DNA from: a virus
Taxonomy: Duplodnaviria > Caudoviricetes
Length of the DNA stretch: 53,481 nt
Reading direction: 5' to 3' (one strand)
Virus record (IMG/VR): IMGVR_UViG_3300044707_000344
Location: 1 to 53,481 of that record
The notes under the pieces were generated by a model. It was given only the letters and a program-made list of their open reading frames with translations, made no database searches and had not been told where the DNA came from. Position numbers and translations under genes: made by a program. Below, one piece after another: positions 42,263 through 51,367 of the stretch (the first letter of the stretch is position 1; every line of letters starts with the position of its first letter).

Positions 42263-42664
42263 ATGACGAAAGAAAGACTGCCGCGTATTTCTTACTCGCT
42301 TTGCCCTCAAGTGTCGGAATATACCGACGGTATATCCGCACGCACCGAGTCAAAGCCCACGCTCACCGCCGAGGAGGAGGACGAAATGAACACCATCAGT
42401 CGCGACGCCTACGAGGGCGACATCGTCAGCCGCCTGCGCAACTGGCGTGGCCTGCACATCGCACACAGCGGCAGGCTGTACGAGGAGGCGGCAGACGAGA
42501 TTGAGCGGCTGCGAAACGGTGCACTAGAAGGACGCGCAACGGTATCGCTCACCGACGAGGAGCGAGAGGCGATCCATCGCGCCGAGGCGCGGCTGCGAGC
42601 TGCGTATGTGCCAGACGACGAGACTGCCGCCACGCTCCGCAAGCTGCTTGCCCGTCTCGCTTGA
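42263..42664 (+). CDS. Hypothetical protein (alternative start 42386 with strong RBS)
   Basis: DIVSRLR...EAADEIERLR and LTDEEREAI motifs common in small phage proteins. Confidence 0.6.
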   Translation: MTKERLPRISYSLCPQVSEYTDGISARTESKPTLTAEEEDEMNTISRDAYEGDIVSRLRNWRGLHIAHSGRLYEEAADEIERLRNGALEGRATVSLTDEEREAIHRAEARLRAAYVPDDETAATLRKLLARLA

Positions 42665-42728
42665 CGCGGCATCTACCGTGATTCGCATGAGGCCGCGCAG
42701 TGCGGCCTGGCTCACGGAGGATTAGCCA

Positions 42729-43109
42729 ATGCGTTTCGCTTTGCTTCTCGCGGTCCTGCTCTGCTCGACCGCTGCGGCCGATACGGTGTGCATCAACGGA
42801 CGATGCAGCCTGCTGCGTCCCCAGCGTGTCGTGGTTCACAGTGACGCACCCACCAGCGTCGTTGTCAGCACGCCGCGTAGCGTGACCGTCGTGTCGGCTC
42901 AGTCGCACGCCGACCACTTGGCGAGCACCAACACGTTCGTCCACTGCGGACGGCGTGGTGGCGGCTACGAGGGCTTGGGGTTCTCGACATCGTCGCCAGA
43001 CCATGCGTGCCGCTCGGCGTGCTTCTGGGGCACAAGGCGCGTCCGCGAGATCGGCACCGCGTGGTGCCCGGCGCGTCGCGGCTGGATCGCAGTGGTTCGA
43101 TACGAGTGA
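42729..43109 (+). CDS. Secreted minimal CAP/SCP-like protein
   Basis: Signal peptide ending AAA; SAQSHADHLA, YEGLG, EIG.A, GW.AVVRY. Confidence 0.6.
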   Translation: MRFALLLAVLLCSTAAADTVCINGRCSLLRPQRVVVHSDAPTSVVVSTPRSVTVVSAQSHADHLASTNTFVHCGRRGGGYEGLGFSTSSPDHACRSACFWGTRRVREIGTAWCPARRGWIAVVRYE

Positions 43110-43177
43110 CCGATAGGCAAGCCCGTCCAGCGCCCTGATGCTGGACGGGCTTGCCTCGGGCGCGAGGTGCAATCCAA

Positions 43178-44026
43178 ATGAAGCTCGTCTGGTTCCCATC
43201 GTGGTCATGCCAGAACTACAGCGCTGGCCACAGCTACGGCCGAAAATGCCCGTACTGTCCATACTCAATCGACAAGCAAACGAACCGCCTGATCTTTGAC
43301 AGCAAGATCACGTCGTCCGACGAGCGTGCCCCAGCTGCGGACCTCGTTGCGTTCTTCGCCGCCAACTACGACGCGATGGGCGGGCACCTGGAGATCAGCG
43401 GCGGCGAGGCGCTGATGCGTCTCGACCTGCCCGAGATCCTCGCGGCGATTCCGCATCGCTGGGCGATCACGAGCAACACGCTGATGAGCACGGCGATTCA
43501 GCGGCTCATCGCCACGGGTGCCCTCGAGCGATGCGTTGCCTGGACTGCGTCGTGGCATCCGTGCAGCGGCATGGAGGACTCGTACAGCCGCAGCATCCGT
43601 ATGCTCGCGGAGTGCGGTTGTCCTGCTCGGGCCACGGTCGTGATTGCCGACTCGACGGTTTCGAAGCTCGCCGAGACGCTCGCGTACCTCCGCTCGCTGC
43701 CGCTGGCCGGAATCAACTGGCACCTCGACACGCATGGCCCGGCGGACGTGTCGCACCTCAAGGCGGCGGCTGAGGAGATCCTCGGGCCGGGCAACGTCTA
43801 CCTCGCTGGACCGCCGCCGCAGGGAAAGCTCTGCAATCGGCACGACAAGCTCATGGCAGTCGGAGCGGACGGCTCGCTGTATCAGTGCGTGACGTTTGCG
43901 TATCAGGACATCGAGCCAATCTGCAAAGTCGACGGCAGCGTGCGACTGAATGAACTAGAGCGTCGTGTCGAGTGGTGCGACGCTGTCTGCTTTGCCTGCT
44001 GTGACCACGTGAAGCACGAGGGCTGA
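43178..44026 (+). CDS. Radical SAM protein with atypical CX12CX2C motif and SPASM/twitch-like C-terminus
   Basis: CQNYSAGHSYGRKCPYC, ISGGEAL, ITSN, GADGSLYQC, CDAVCFACCD. Confidence 0.8.
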   Translation: MKLVWFPSWSCQNYSAGHSYGRKCPYCPYSIDKQTNRLIFDSKITSSDERAPAADLVAFFAANYDAMGGHLEISGGEALMRLDLPEILAAIPHRWAITSNTLMSTAIQRLIATGALERCVAWTASWHPCSGMEDSYSRSIRMLAECGCPARATVVIADSTVSKLAETLAYLRSLPLAGINWHLDTHGPADVSHLKAAAEEILGPGNVYLAGPPPQGKLCNRHDKLMAVGADGSLYQCVTFAYQDIEPICKVDGSVRLNELERRVEWCDAVCFACCDHVKHEG

Positions 44027-44899
44027 GTGATGGAATCTCCACCGGATCACCTGCTGTACCCGCTGGACGTGTTCGTCGAGGACTTCAAGGCGAACTACGA
44101 GCGAGGCGTCGACGTCTTGCGTGATACCGACGTGGCATTCGTCGGTCTTGCCCGCAACTGCGACAAGTGGCTGGCGGGCAATCTTGCTCGTCTGGTGCAG
44201 CTGTGCGACGGCGTCCGCTCGTGGAGGCTGCACGTTCGCACGAACGACAACACCGACGAGACGCCGCGGGTGCTGCAGGAGTTCTGCCAGGAGTATCCGC
44301 AGGCGTCCTACATCGACCAGACGCTCGGCCGGAAACACTACGGAGCCGAATGGGCTGGACCCCGGACGCAGGCGCTTGCGGAGTACCGGACGGAGTGTCA
44401 GTCGTGGGTAAGGGAGTCCGCGCCGAATGCCAGCCTCGTCGTGGCGATCGACTTCGATATGTGGGGCGGCTGGAGCCACGCAGGATTCCTGCACGGCGTG
44501 GGGGCGCTGGCTGCCAATCCGCACGCCTACGGTATGGCGAGCGTGTCGCTGATGCGGCACTTCCAGATGGTGATGACCCCGTCTGGCGAAACGAAGCGGG
44601 AGAGAACGTGGCTGCAGTACGACTGCTGGGCGCTGCGGCTCAACTCAAGCTTCGACGACTACACGGCTGGCATCGGCGGCTGGAAACACTCGTGGCTGCC
44701 CCCCGTGGGATCGCCTGTCGTTCCGGTGGCATCTGCGTTCGGCGGGATGACGACCTACGAGACCGGCGCGTATCTGTCTGGCACCTATGACGGCAGCGAC
44801 TGCGAGCACGTTCCGTTCCATGCGTCCATCGCGGCGAAGACAGGCAGGTCGCTCTACCTCGATCCGGCGATGAGGACGGTGATGTCGTGGCTGGAATGA
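44027..44899 (+). CDS. GT-A fold glycosyltransferase-like protein
   Basis: GLARNC, NDNTDET, AIDFD, YDCWALR, SAFGG, DCEHVPFH. Confidence 0.75.
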   Translation: MMESPPDHLLYPLDVFVEDFKANYERGVDVLRDTDVAFVGLARNCDKWLAGNLARLVQLCDGVRSWRLHVRTNDNTDETPRVLQEFCQEYPQASYIDQTLGRKHYGAEWAGPRTQALAEYRTECQSWVRESAPNASLVVAIDFDMWGGWSHAGFLHGVGALAANPHAYGMASVSLMRHFQMVMTPSGETKRERTWLQYDCWALRLNSSFDDYTAGIGGWKHSWLPPVGSPVVPVASAFGGMTTYETGAYLSGTYDGSDCEHVPFHASIAAKTGRSLYLDPAMRTVMSWLE

Positions 44900-45249
44900 C
44901 GGCGACGATCAACGTGCTTTCGTTTCGTGCGGATTGGGATTCGCACATGCCGATTGCTGCACTGTGCGTCCGCTACACAATCTCCAAGGACCAGGTCATT
45001 CGCCTGCGTGACCTCTGGGATCTGCCGCTGCGGAACAATCGCCGTCTGCGGTACAAGCCTGCCCGCGGCGAGACGCGCGACCCGACGCCGGCCGAGATCG
45101 AGCAACGCTGCAAGGAAGTGCAGGCGCGATGGGATGATCGCACCAGGCAGGAGCGGTCGGTCATCAAGCCTCGGCCGGTGACGCTCAAGCGAATCGAAAT
45201 GACCGACGAGGCTCGCCAAGCGTTCGACGAGCTCCCGGTGGAAGAATGA
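44896..45249 (+). CDS. Putative HTH-like DNA-binding protein
   Basis: IAALCVRYTISKDQVIRL; DPTPAEIEQRC. Confidence 0.5.
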   Translation: MTATINVLSFRADWDSHMPIAALCVRYTISKDQVIRLRDLWDLPLRNNRRLRYKPARGETRDPTPAEIEQRCKEVQARWDDRTRQERSVIKPRPVTLKRIEMTDEARQAFDELPVEE

Positions 45250-45533
45250 GTCGCGAGCACGACTACATCGAACGCCGTATCGTCATCGAGTACGGGCGTC
45301 GGTATGTGTACCTGACGATGACGGACGCCACGGCGAAGCTCGTGCCGGGCCGGGAGGAGGTCTTCACGCAGCCGTTCCTGCTGGAGCGGCGCGACGCCCA
45401 CGACGAGGCGGACGACTGCTGGCAGGCGTGCTACCAGCACATCTCTGACGCCGTCGTGTTCCCGATGCCCCTGCAAGGGGACGGGGGGCAGGCGGCAGAA
45501 TCGACGGAGGACGATTCGCCGCCCTCTGGATGA
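45246..45533 (+). CDS. Hypothetical protein
   Basis: ATGA-coupled to upstream gene. Confidence 0.6.
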   Translation: MSREHDYIERRIVIEYGRRYVYLTMTDATAKLVPGREEVFTQPFLLERRDAHDEADDCWQACYQHISDAVVFPMPLQGDGGQAAESTEDDSPPSG

Positions 45534-45540
45534 CGCTGCC

Positions 45541-45900
45541 GTGGACGCCGCCGACAACCTCCAGACAGTCGCCGCCAAGGCCAATGCGTTCCTGGCGGCT
45601 GCCCGCGAGCAAGCATCGGACGGCCTGACGTGGGCCGAGTTCGGCAGGCTGCTCGTGCAGTTGCTGCACCTGCTCGTGGCTGGGCTCGACGCCGTGACAA
45701 CGCTGTCGGGTCCAGAGAAAAAGGCGGTCGTGCTGACGGCCGCCGCCGCCCTGTTTGATTCGTTTGCGGACAAGTGCGTGCCGATCACGTTCTGGCCAGC
45801 GTGGCTGCTGATTCGGCCGGCGACTCGCGTGCTGATCCTGTCGCTCGCCGCTGGTGCCATTGAAGCATTGCTCGCAATCACGAGGAGAGACCCCGCATGA
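45541..45900 (+). CDS. Hydrophobic protein, first gene of putative lysis cluster (holin-like?)
   Basis: LSGPEKKAVV; amphipathic helices. Confidence 0.5.
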   Translation: MDAADNLQTVAAKANAFLAAAREQASDGLTWAEFGRLLVQLLHLLVAGLDAVTTLSGPEKKAVVLTAAAALFDSFADKCVPITFWPAWLLIRPATRVLILSLAAGAIEALLAITRRDPA

Positions 45901-46166
45901 TGACGCTGCTTATCGTCGCCGCTGCCGTGGCCTGGCTCATGTGGCCTGCCGGCAAGGCGACGCCATCACAGGCGATGCCGCTGCCGTCTGACCTGTTCCG
46001 AGTGCAACCGCCTGCGGCACCAGCCACGCCGGATGCCAGGGCTGCGATCGACAGCCTGCTGGCCGTGCGTGACCGCCTGTCCGCTGGTGGCCCGCTCGAC
46101 GAGGAGAGCGGTGCTGCTGTCGACCGTCTCTGGCTGGAGCTGCTCCACGGGAGCGCCAAGCGATGA
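45897..46166 (+). CDS. Small membrane-anchored protein
   Basis: N-terminal TM segment; GAGGAG RBS. Confidence 0.6.
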   Translation: MMTLLIVAAAVAWLMWPAGKATPSQAMPLPSDLFRVQPPAAPATPDARAAIDSLLAVRDRLSAGGPLDEESGAAVDRLWLELLHGSAKR

Positions 46167-46618
46167 GCCGAGAGAAGGCAATCGTATTCGCCGCCCTGCT
46201 TGCCGTGGCGGCACTGGCTGCCGTTGTCGAGTTCTCGCAGCGTCCAGGCGAGGACGTTCGGCCCGAGCCCGGCCTGTCGCTCCGGGGTAAGTTCGTCGGG
46301 CCGTCGGCGGCCGATGACGCTGCCGCCTTCGCCGGGCTGTGCCGAGGCATCGCCGACGCCTTGCAGGCCGACGGCCAGAAGTCGACGCCACGAATCACCA
46401 CGGGCGTTCAGCTCGAGGACGTTCGTGTCGCTGCCGCCGAGGGGCGATTCCTGCCGCGGACGCTGACACGCGAGCAGCCACACGCTACCGCCGCTGCCGG
46501 CCGGTATCTCGATGAGGTGGCCGGCACATCTGGCGGGCCGCTCGACACGACGACTCGTGCCAAGTGGGTCGCCGCGTACCGCACGCTTGCCGATGCCGCC
46601 GAGGAGGCCGTCCGATGA
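46163..46618 (+). CDS. Membrane-anchored/secreted protein
   Basis: N-terminal hydrophobic segment; ATGA overlap. Confidence 0.65.
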   Translation: MSREKAIVFAALLAVAALAAVVEFSQRPGEDVRPEPGLSLRGKFVGPSAADDAAAFAGLCRGIADALQADGQKSTPRITTGVQLEDVRVAAAEGRFLPRTLTREQPHATAAAGRYLDEVAGTSGGPLDTTTRAKWVAAYRTLADAAEEAVR

Positions 46619-46860
46619 CGCTGCTCGATCACGTGTGGGAGGTCGTCGACAACGCTCTCATGCTGTGCTGCTGCATTGCCGTGCTCGTCGTGGCCGCGTC
46701 TGCCATCGCGTGCCCGGTCTACCTGCATCTCATCCACGCGGAGCTTGTCCAGATCCGCGAGCAGTCCGCCTCGTGCAAGTGCAGCGAAGACCGCGGCCCT
46801 GGCCCCGTGCTGCCGCGAGTGCTGCCACGCCTCCGCAATCTCGGGGAGGCTGACGATTGA
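46615..46860 (+). CDS. Small Cys-rich membrane protein
   Basis: GAGGAGG RBS; TM segment. Confidence 0.55.
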   Translation: MTLLDHVWEVVDNALMLCCCIAVLVVAASAIACPVYLHLIHAELVQIREQSASCKCSEDRGPGPVLPRVLPRLRNLGEADD

Positions 46861-47924
46861 GCCATCGACGCAGCGTCTGGACGATGTCAGCCATTGCATT
46901 CGTCGTGTTCGCGGCGATTGCTGGAGCCATCATTGACCACTACACGCATCGCCTACTGAAGCGCGTCGATAGCGGATTTGGCTATCAGCCGAATCCCGAG
47001 GGCGTTCGCCTGTTCCTCGGCGAGTTGGCACAGCCGACGTTCGCAGAGGCGGGTGCCGACGCGATGAAGAACGCGACCGGCCGCGACACGTTCCTCTATC
47101 GTGCGGTCGACATTGCTCACCAGCGGAAGTACGGCACGCCGTGGCGGTCGTGGGACCAGGGCTCTGCGGGCACATGCGTGTCGTTCGCGTTTGCGTTGGG
47201 CGAATACACAGCGGAAGCCGTCGACCATGTTGCGGGGAAAGTGAAGGAGCCGCCGGCTGCATGTGCGACCGAGCCGGTGTACGGCGGATCGAGGACGGCC
47301 GCCAGAATCCCGCCGATGGAGAGAAACAACGGAGGCGACGGCAGCTACGGAGGTGCCGCGGCCCGCTGGCTCACTGGGAAGTGCACCGACACGGCGCTCG
47401 GCGGCGTCCTCTATCGCCAACAGTACGGGTCGTTCGACCTGTCGAAGTATTCGATCTCCCTGTCTCGCGATTGGGGACGCAACGGCGTGCCGCTCGAGTT
47501 GGCCCGTGAAGCCAACAAACGCAAGGCGAAGTGCGTGCAGGTGCAGACCTGGCAGGAACTCTGTGCCGCGATTGAGCGAGGCACGCCTGTGGCCATCTGC
47601 TCGCAGGTTGGATACGGCCCGACGCCGCGAGTGCGTGACTCTGACGGCGCACTCTCCCGCGGCTCGTCGTGGTCCCACGCGATGCTCGTGTGGGGCGTAA
47701 GGCACAAGCACAACGGCTCGCCCGACGATATGGGGCTGATACAAAACAGCTGGAACACCAACTGGGTGTCAGGGCCGCGGTGGCCCGACGATCAGCCTGA
47801 CGGCTCGTTCTGGGCACGCCGGCGAGACGTTGAGGCGGCACTGCAACAGGGCGACTCGTGGGCGATCGGCACCAGCTACGAGTGGCGTGACCTTCAAAAT
47901 GCCGATTGGGGGCTCGCACTATGA
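46857..47924 (+). CDS. Papain-like (C1) cysteine peptidase with N-terminal signal anchor
   Basis: DQGSAGTCVSFA (Gln/Cys), WSHAM (His), IQNSW (Asn). Confidence 0.88.
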   Translation: MSHRRSVWTMSAIAFVVFAAIAGAIIDHYTHRLLKRVDSGFGYQPNPEGVRLFLGELAQPTFAEAGADAMKNATGRDTFLYRAVDIAHQRKYGTPWRSWDQGSAGTCVSFAFALGEYTAEAVDHVAGKVKEPPAACATEPVYGGSRTAARIPPMERNNGGDGSYGGAAARWLTGKCTDTALGGVLYRQQYGSFDLSKYSISLSRDWGRNGVPLELAREANKRKAKCVQVQTWQELCAAIERGTPVAICSQVGYGPTPRVRDSDGALSRGSSWSHAMLVWGVRHKHNGSPDDMGLIQNSWNTNWVSGPRWPDDQPDGSFWARRRDVEAALQQGDSWAIGTSYEWRDLQNADWGLAL

Positions 47925-48148
47925 CGCTGATCGTCTGGGCAGTGACCGGGGTGATCGCGGGCAGCATCGCGAAGGCGATCCTGCCGCTGCAGTGGCCCGG
48001 CGGCTGGGTGCCGTGTGCCGCTCTTGGCTGCATCGGCAGTGTCGTCGGTGGTCTGCCGTTTGGCCAGGGGCCGGCAGGCATGGTCGGCTCTGTGATCGGG
48101 GCTTGCGTCGTGTTGTATCTCTACACCGCATGGAGCCAGCAGCAGTGA
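47921..48148 (+). CDS. GlsB/YeaQ/YmgE (transglycosylase-associated) family membrane protein
   Basis: GVIAGSIAKAILP...LGCIGSVVGG...GSVIGA. Confidence 0.8.
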   Translation: MTLIVWAVTGVIAGSIAKAILPLQWPGGWVPCAALGCIGSVVGGLPFGQGPAGMVGSVIGACVVLYLYTAWSQQQ

Positions 48149-48426
48149 ACGCCACGCAAAAGAAACTCGCCGTCGCGGCCGTCGTCCTCGTTGGCGTGAC
48201 GTGGTGGTTCGCGACCGCACCTGACTCTCCGATTCGCCCAGAGCCACCGCGGCCCGACCGGCCGGTGCTCAAGTTCTTCGCGAAAATCGGCAAGCTCGCG
48301 GCCCGCATCGGGCTCACCGCCCTGGTCTTCATGGAGCCTGCACCGGCTGATGCCGACGAGACACAGATGGCTCACGCCGTGCTCGGCATCGACGGCCACG
48401 TGCAGCTGCGAAACGAGAGGTGGTAG
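48145..48426 (+). CDS. Small membrane-anchored protein
   Basis: GTG start overlapping upstream stop; TM segment. Confidence 0.6.
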   Translation: MNATQKKLAVAAVVLVGVTWWFATAPDSPIRPEPPRPDRPVLKFFAKIGKLAARIGLTALVFMEPAPADADETQMAHAVLGIDGHVQLRNERW

Positions 48427-48720
48427 ATGCACGCTCTGTGGCACTGGCTGCTCTATGTGCTGACGTGGTCATCCGCCGATCCCGGAGTGATTGACGCGGA
48501 GCGTGCCCGCACGGCCGGCAGCGTCAACGTCGCCTACGCTGGCCTCGCACTGGAGCCGACGAAGCCGCAGGACGTGCCGGCTGCCATCGAGCCTCCGAGG
48601 CCATGCCAGCAGTGCAGCGGCACGGGCCGCATCTACCGCCCCGATGGTGGATGGGTGAAGTGTCCGTGCGGTGCGTGCTCGGCTGATCGCTGCCAGGCGA
48701 AAGGCAAGGCGACGCGATGA
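48427..48720 (+). CDS. Small protein with DnaJ-type zinc finger
   Basis: CQQCSGTG...KCPC. Confidence 0.6.
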   Translation: MHALWHWLLYVLTWSSADPGVIDAERARTAGSVNVAYAGLALEPTKPQDVPAAIEPPRPCQQCSGTGRIYRPDGGWVKCPCGACSADRCQAKGKATR

Positions 48721-49490
48721 CTCGACCGCGTGCGGGATATGTCGGATTCACGCGGACGCCGACCTCGACGGCGGCGTCTGGGATCTGGACGCTGCGAGAA
48801 GCAGAGGCGAGCAAGCGTGCGGCAGCGTGGCCAGACACGATGCCGGATCTCTCTAGCGACCCGTTCTTCTCCAACGTGGTTCTACTTCTCCACGGCGAGT
48901 CGATGGTCGACTCGTCCAATGCAGCTCGCACGCTCACGGCAAGCGGAGCGACGATCAGCACGGCGCAAAAGAAATTTGGCTCATCGTCGATTTCCATCGG
49001 CAGCGGCCAGTACGTCAGCCTGCCAGGTGCCACAGCGTTCAATATGTCTGGCGACTTCACGCTGGAGTGGTTCCACTATTTGACCAGTGCGACGGCACAG
49101 GGCTGGATCATCGGCGGCAATGCCAATGCCAGCGGGTATTTCATGCTGGGCCTAAACCTCACAGGCTCGCAGCAGTTGTGGGTCGGTCAGGCGAACGTCG
49201 GCTGGCCGGTGCAGTTTGGCAGCGTCCCGCTCGCCGCGAACACATGGCAGCACGTCGCGATCAGTCGCAGCGGCTCAAGCAACAGGCTGTATATCGACGG
49301 CACGCTCGTCGGCTCTGCGATTACTGATTCGACTAGCTGGGTCGCGAATCCGACTCAGATATGGATCGGCTCACAATCAGGCGGCGTGTCGATGGCGGGA
49401 TACCTCGACGAGTTCCGCTGGACCGTGGGGGCGGCGCGGCACACGGGCAGCACCATCACCGTCCCAACAGCGGCATACCCAGACAGCTAG
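48717..49490 (+). CDS. LamG/concanavalin A-like lectin domain virion protein
   Basis: NVVLLLHG, KKFG, GDFTLEW, NTWQHVA, GYLDEFRWT. Confidence 0.88.
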   Translation: MTRPRAGYVGFTRTPTSTAASGIWTLREAEASKRAAAWPDTMPDLSSDPFFSNVVLLLHGESMVDSSNAARTLTASGATISTAQKKFGSSSISIGSGQYVSLPGATAFNMSGDFTLEWFHYLTSATAQGWIIGGNANASGYFMLGLNLTGSQQLWVGQANVGWPVQFGSVPLAANTWQHVAISRSGSSNRLYIDGTLVGSAITDSTSWVANPTQIWIGSQSGGVSMAGYLDEFRWTVGAARHTGSTITVPTAAYPDS

Positions 49491-49501
49491 TGGAGGTAGA
49501 G

Positions 49502-49825
49502 ATGTCGTCCTACGATCAACTGCCGGGGCAGCTCAACCTCTCCGTGCGTGGCGGCGACCGCCTGTCGGCAGAGATCGACTTCAACCCGATTTCGCTCACG
49601 GGCTTCACGATGGCGGCGACGATCTCGTCGCTCGTCGGCGGCAACACGCTCGCCGCGATGACGACGACGCTGACTGACGCGGCGGCCGGAAAGGTCAACG
49701 TCTCATTGACCGGCACGCAGACGGTCGACCTGCCGCGGGGCACGTACCGCTGGGATCTGACAGCGACCGACGCCGCCAGCGTGCGGCGTAGCTACCTCAC
49801 TGGATTCGTCGAGGTCACTCGCTGA
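49502..49825 (+). CDS. Fibre-anchoring/baseplate upper protein-like (module 2)
   Basis: Paralog of 20345-20725 (YDQLPGQLNL...GKVNVSL...RSYLTG). Confidence 0.6.
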   Translation: MSSYDQLPGQLNLSVRGGDRLSAEIDFNPISLTGFTMAATISSLVGGNTLAAMTTTLTDAAAGKVNVSLTGTQTVDLPRGTYRWDLTATDAASVRRSYLTGFVEVTR

Positions 49826-50973
49826 TGGGCATCACAGTCTCCACAAGCCCGCAGCAGGTCACGGCCTCGGTCAGCGAGGACAAGATCACGGCGGCCGTGA
49901 GTTCGCAGGCGGTCACAGCGACCGTGCAGGCGGGCTTCGGTGCCAGCGGTGCTGCCGGCTCTCCGGGTGCGTCAGGATCGAGCGGCGTCGTCACTGTGTC
50001 GGCACCGCTCACCAACAGCGGCACCAGCTCCGCTGCGGCGCTTGCCCTGTCTGTCGGGTCTGGCCTGGACGTTTCCGCGGGATCGCTCGTCGTGTCTGCC
50101 GTGCCTCTGTCGTCGCTCGCTCAAGGCGGTGCGACTGCCGGCCAGGTCGTGCGATGGAACGGCACGGCGTGGGCAGTCGGCAACGTGACGGCTGGCAGCA
50201 CGGCGTGGGATGACATTCTTGGCAAGCCGACTTTCGCGACGGTGGCCACTACGGGCAGCTACGCCGACCTGACGAACAAGCCGACCATCCCGGCCGCGTA
50301 CTCGCTTCCGGTGGCGACGAGCAGCGTCCTCGGTGGCGTGAAGCAAGGAAGCAACGTCACTATCGGCGGTGACGGCACGATCAGCGTATCGGCACCTGTG
50401 ACATCGCTGCCGTACTCGTCCATCACAGGCACGCCGTCTCTGGCAACCGTGGCAACGAGCGGCAGCTATGCCGACCTCACTGGGAAGCCGACGCTCGGCA
50501 CGATGGCATCGCAGGATGGCACGTTCAGCGGCACGTCGAGCGGCACGAACACGGGCGACCAGACGATCACGCTCACCGGAGACGTCACAGGCAGCGGCAC
50601 TGGCTCGTTCTCGGCCACGCTCTCGAGCACGGGCGTCTCGGCGGGCACCTACACGAGCGTGACGGTTGACGCGAAGGGGCGCGTGACGGCCGGCTCCTCG
50701 CCGACGGTCGCGTACTCGTCACTCTCGGGAGTGCCATCGACATTCGCTCCGTCAGCACACAAAACATCGCACGCGACGGGTGGCAGTGATGCCCTGACCG
50801 CCAGCGACATCGGTGCGGCGTCGACCAGCCACGCCAGCACGCACGCGAGCGGCGGCAGTGACCCGGTAACGGTTGCGGCGAGTCAGATCACTAGCGGCAC
50901 GCTCGAAGACTCGCGGCTCTCGGCAAAAGCAGCGGCAGCGATGAACCTGTATCTCTGGCAGACATACCGATAG
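49825..50973 (+). CDS. Tail/head fibre protein (module 2)
   Basis: ATVATTGSYADL.NKP repeats, TVDAKGRVTAG, HASTHASGGSD. Confidence 0.85.
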   Translation: MGITVSTSPQQVTASVSEDKITAAVSSQAVTATVQAGFGASGAAGSPGASGSSGVVTVSAPLTNSGTSSAAALALSVGSGLDVSAGSLVVSAVPLSSLAQGGATAGQVVRWNGTAWAVGNVTAGSTAWDDILGKPTFATVATTGSYADLTNKPTIPAAYSLPVATSSVLGGVKQGSNVTIGGDGTISVSAPVTSLPYSSITGTPSLATVATSGSYADLTGKPTLGTMASQDGTFSGTSSGTNTGDQTITLTGDVTGSGTGSFSATLSSTGVSAGTYTSVTVDAKGRVTAGSSPTVAYSSLSGVPSTFAPSAHKTSHATGGSDALTASDIGAASTSHASTHASGGSDPVTVAASQITSGTLEDSRLSAKAAAAMNLYLWQTYR

Positions 50974-50983
50974 GAGCTAGAAC

Positions 50984-51367
50984 ATGGCAACATCACCAGC
51001 ATTCGCAGTAACTCCAAGAGTTGGAGCGGTCAGCATCGCCACCGCAGACTCGTCGTACACCGCCCCCAGCAACGTCGGCACTGTGCTGACGGGCGTGGCC
51101 GCCGGCACAAGGATCGCTGAGGTGGTGGTCAAATGTGCGGCCACAAGCGCGGCGGCGATTGTGCGGCTTTTCCTGTACGACGGGACCACATACTGGCTCT
51201 TCGATGAGGTGACGATTGCCGCAGCCACAGGATCGTCAACCGTGCAGCAGACGCGCGTGTCAGTCGTCTACAACAACCTGATCCTACCGTCTGCTTCATG
51301 GTCACTACGGGCGACGACCAGCGTGGCCCAGGCCACGCACGTCACGGCCCTTGGCGCTGATCTCTAA
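50984..51367 (+). CDS. Small beta-rich fibre-associated protein
   Basis: AGGAG RBS; same position after a fibre gene as 22179-22553. Confidence 0.65.
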   Translation: MATSPAFAVTPRVGAVSIATADSSYTAPSNVGTVLTGVAAGTRIAEVVVKCAATSAAAIVRLFLYDGTTYWLFDEVTIAAATGSSTVQQTRVSVVYNNLILPSASWSLRATTSVAQATHVTALGADL

